A DNA stretch of 16,000 nucleotides, from contig NZ_JAUZVZ010000007.1 of NCBI RefSeq assembly GCF_030717845.1, positions 85,693 to 101,692 on the forward strand. Direction: 5' to 3'. Shown one piece after another: positions 15,928 through 16,000 of the stretch. The translations under genes were made by a program, and so were the position numbers. The DNA is from Alkalimonas collagenimarina (GTDB taxonomy: Bacteria > Pseudomonadota > Gammaproteobacteria > Enterobacterales > Alteromonadaceae). The notes beneath the pieces are model-generated. The model ran no database searches and was not told the origin of the DNA. It was given only the letters and a program-made list of their open reading frames with translations. The stretch's first letter is position 1. Each line of letters begins with the position of its first letter.

Positions 15928-16000
15928 AACAACAAGCTCACTAGTAAAAGGTGTTTCAATGCATAAAACGCGATGATTTTACTTGAGCGCACCAACTGTA

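Noticed and set aside
1-16000. Search for CRISPR repeats, IS or transposase ends, integrases, tRNA genes and defence-type domains (nucleases, NTPases, TIR/SIR2, RT)
   Set aside because: I recognised none. All intergenic gaps are under about 150 nt, every long ORF has a housekeeping or accessory-metabolic assignment, and I noticed no long direct or inverted repeats.

Overview
The window looks like an ordinary chromosomal stretch of a gammaproteobacterium with moderate GC by eye. It is densely coding with 17 supportable CDS. I found no tRNA or rRNA genes, CRISPR arrays, transposases or integrases, and no recognisable defence or mobile island. Positions 1-8075 form a single minus-strand gene array: an edge ORF missing from the supplied track, a LysR regulator, cmoB, cmoA, a small 4-TM membrane protein, a GNAT/carbon-nitrogen-hydrolase fusion, a TPR-GGDEF diguanylate cyclase, a 125-aa unknown, and a DCC-type thiol-disulfide oxidoreductase. 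Four gene junctions in this array overlap by 1-4 nt. Positions 8076-16000 hold a divergent Nramp-like transporter, a SemiSWEET-like 3-TM protein, an RraB-family protein, a cytochrome b562-like protein, YccF, a HAD phosphatase, a membrane GGDEF protein, and a 1019-aa class-A-PBP-like protein. I see no convincing, discrete novel multi-gene system. The most interesting points are: (1) the Nramp-fold transporter has every canonical metal-site residue substituted, sits behind a perfect palindrome in its promoter, and is followed by a SemiSWEET-like gene; (2) the uncharacterised GNAT-nitrilase fusion is translationally coupled to a small membrane protein and carries a G8 tract near its 5' end; (3) the DCC oxidoreductase is coupled to a basic 125-aa unknown; (4) the oversized PBP-like protein overlaps the convergent GGDEF gene by 71 nt at the 3' ends. 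All family assignments come from motif recognition by eye and remembered reference sequences. No searches were run.
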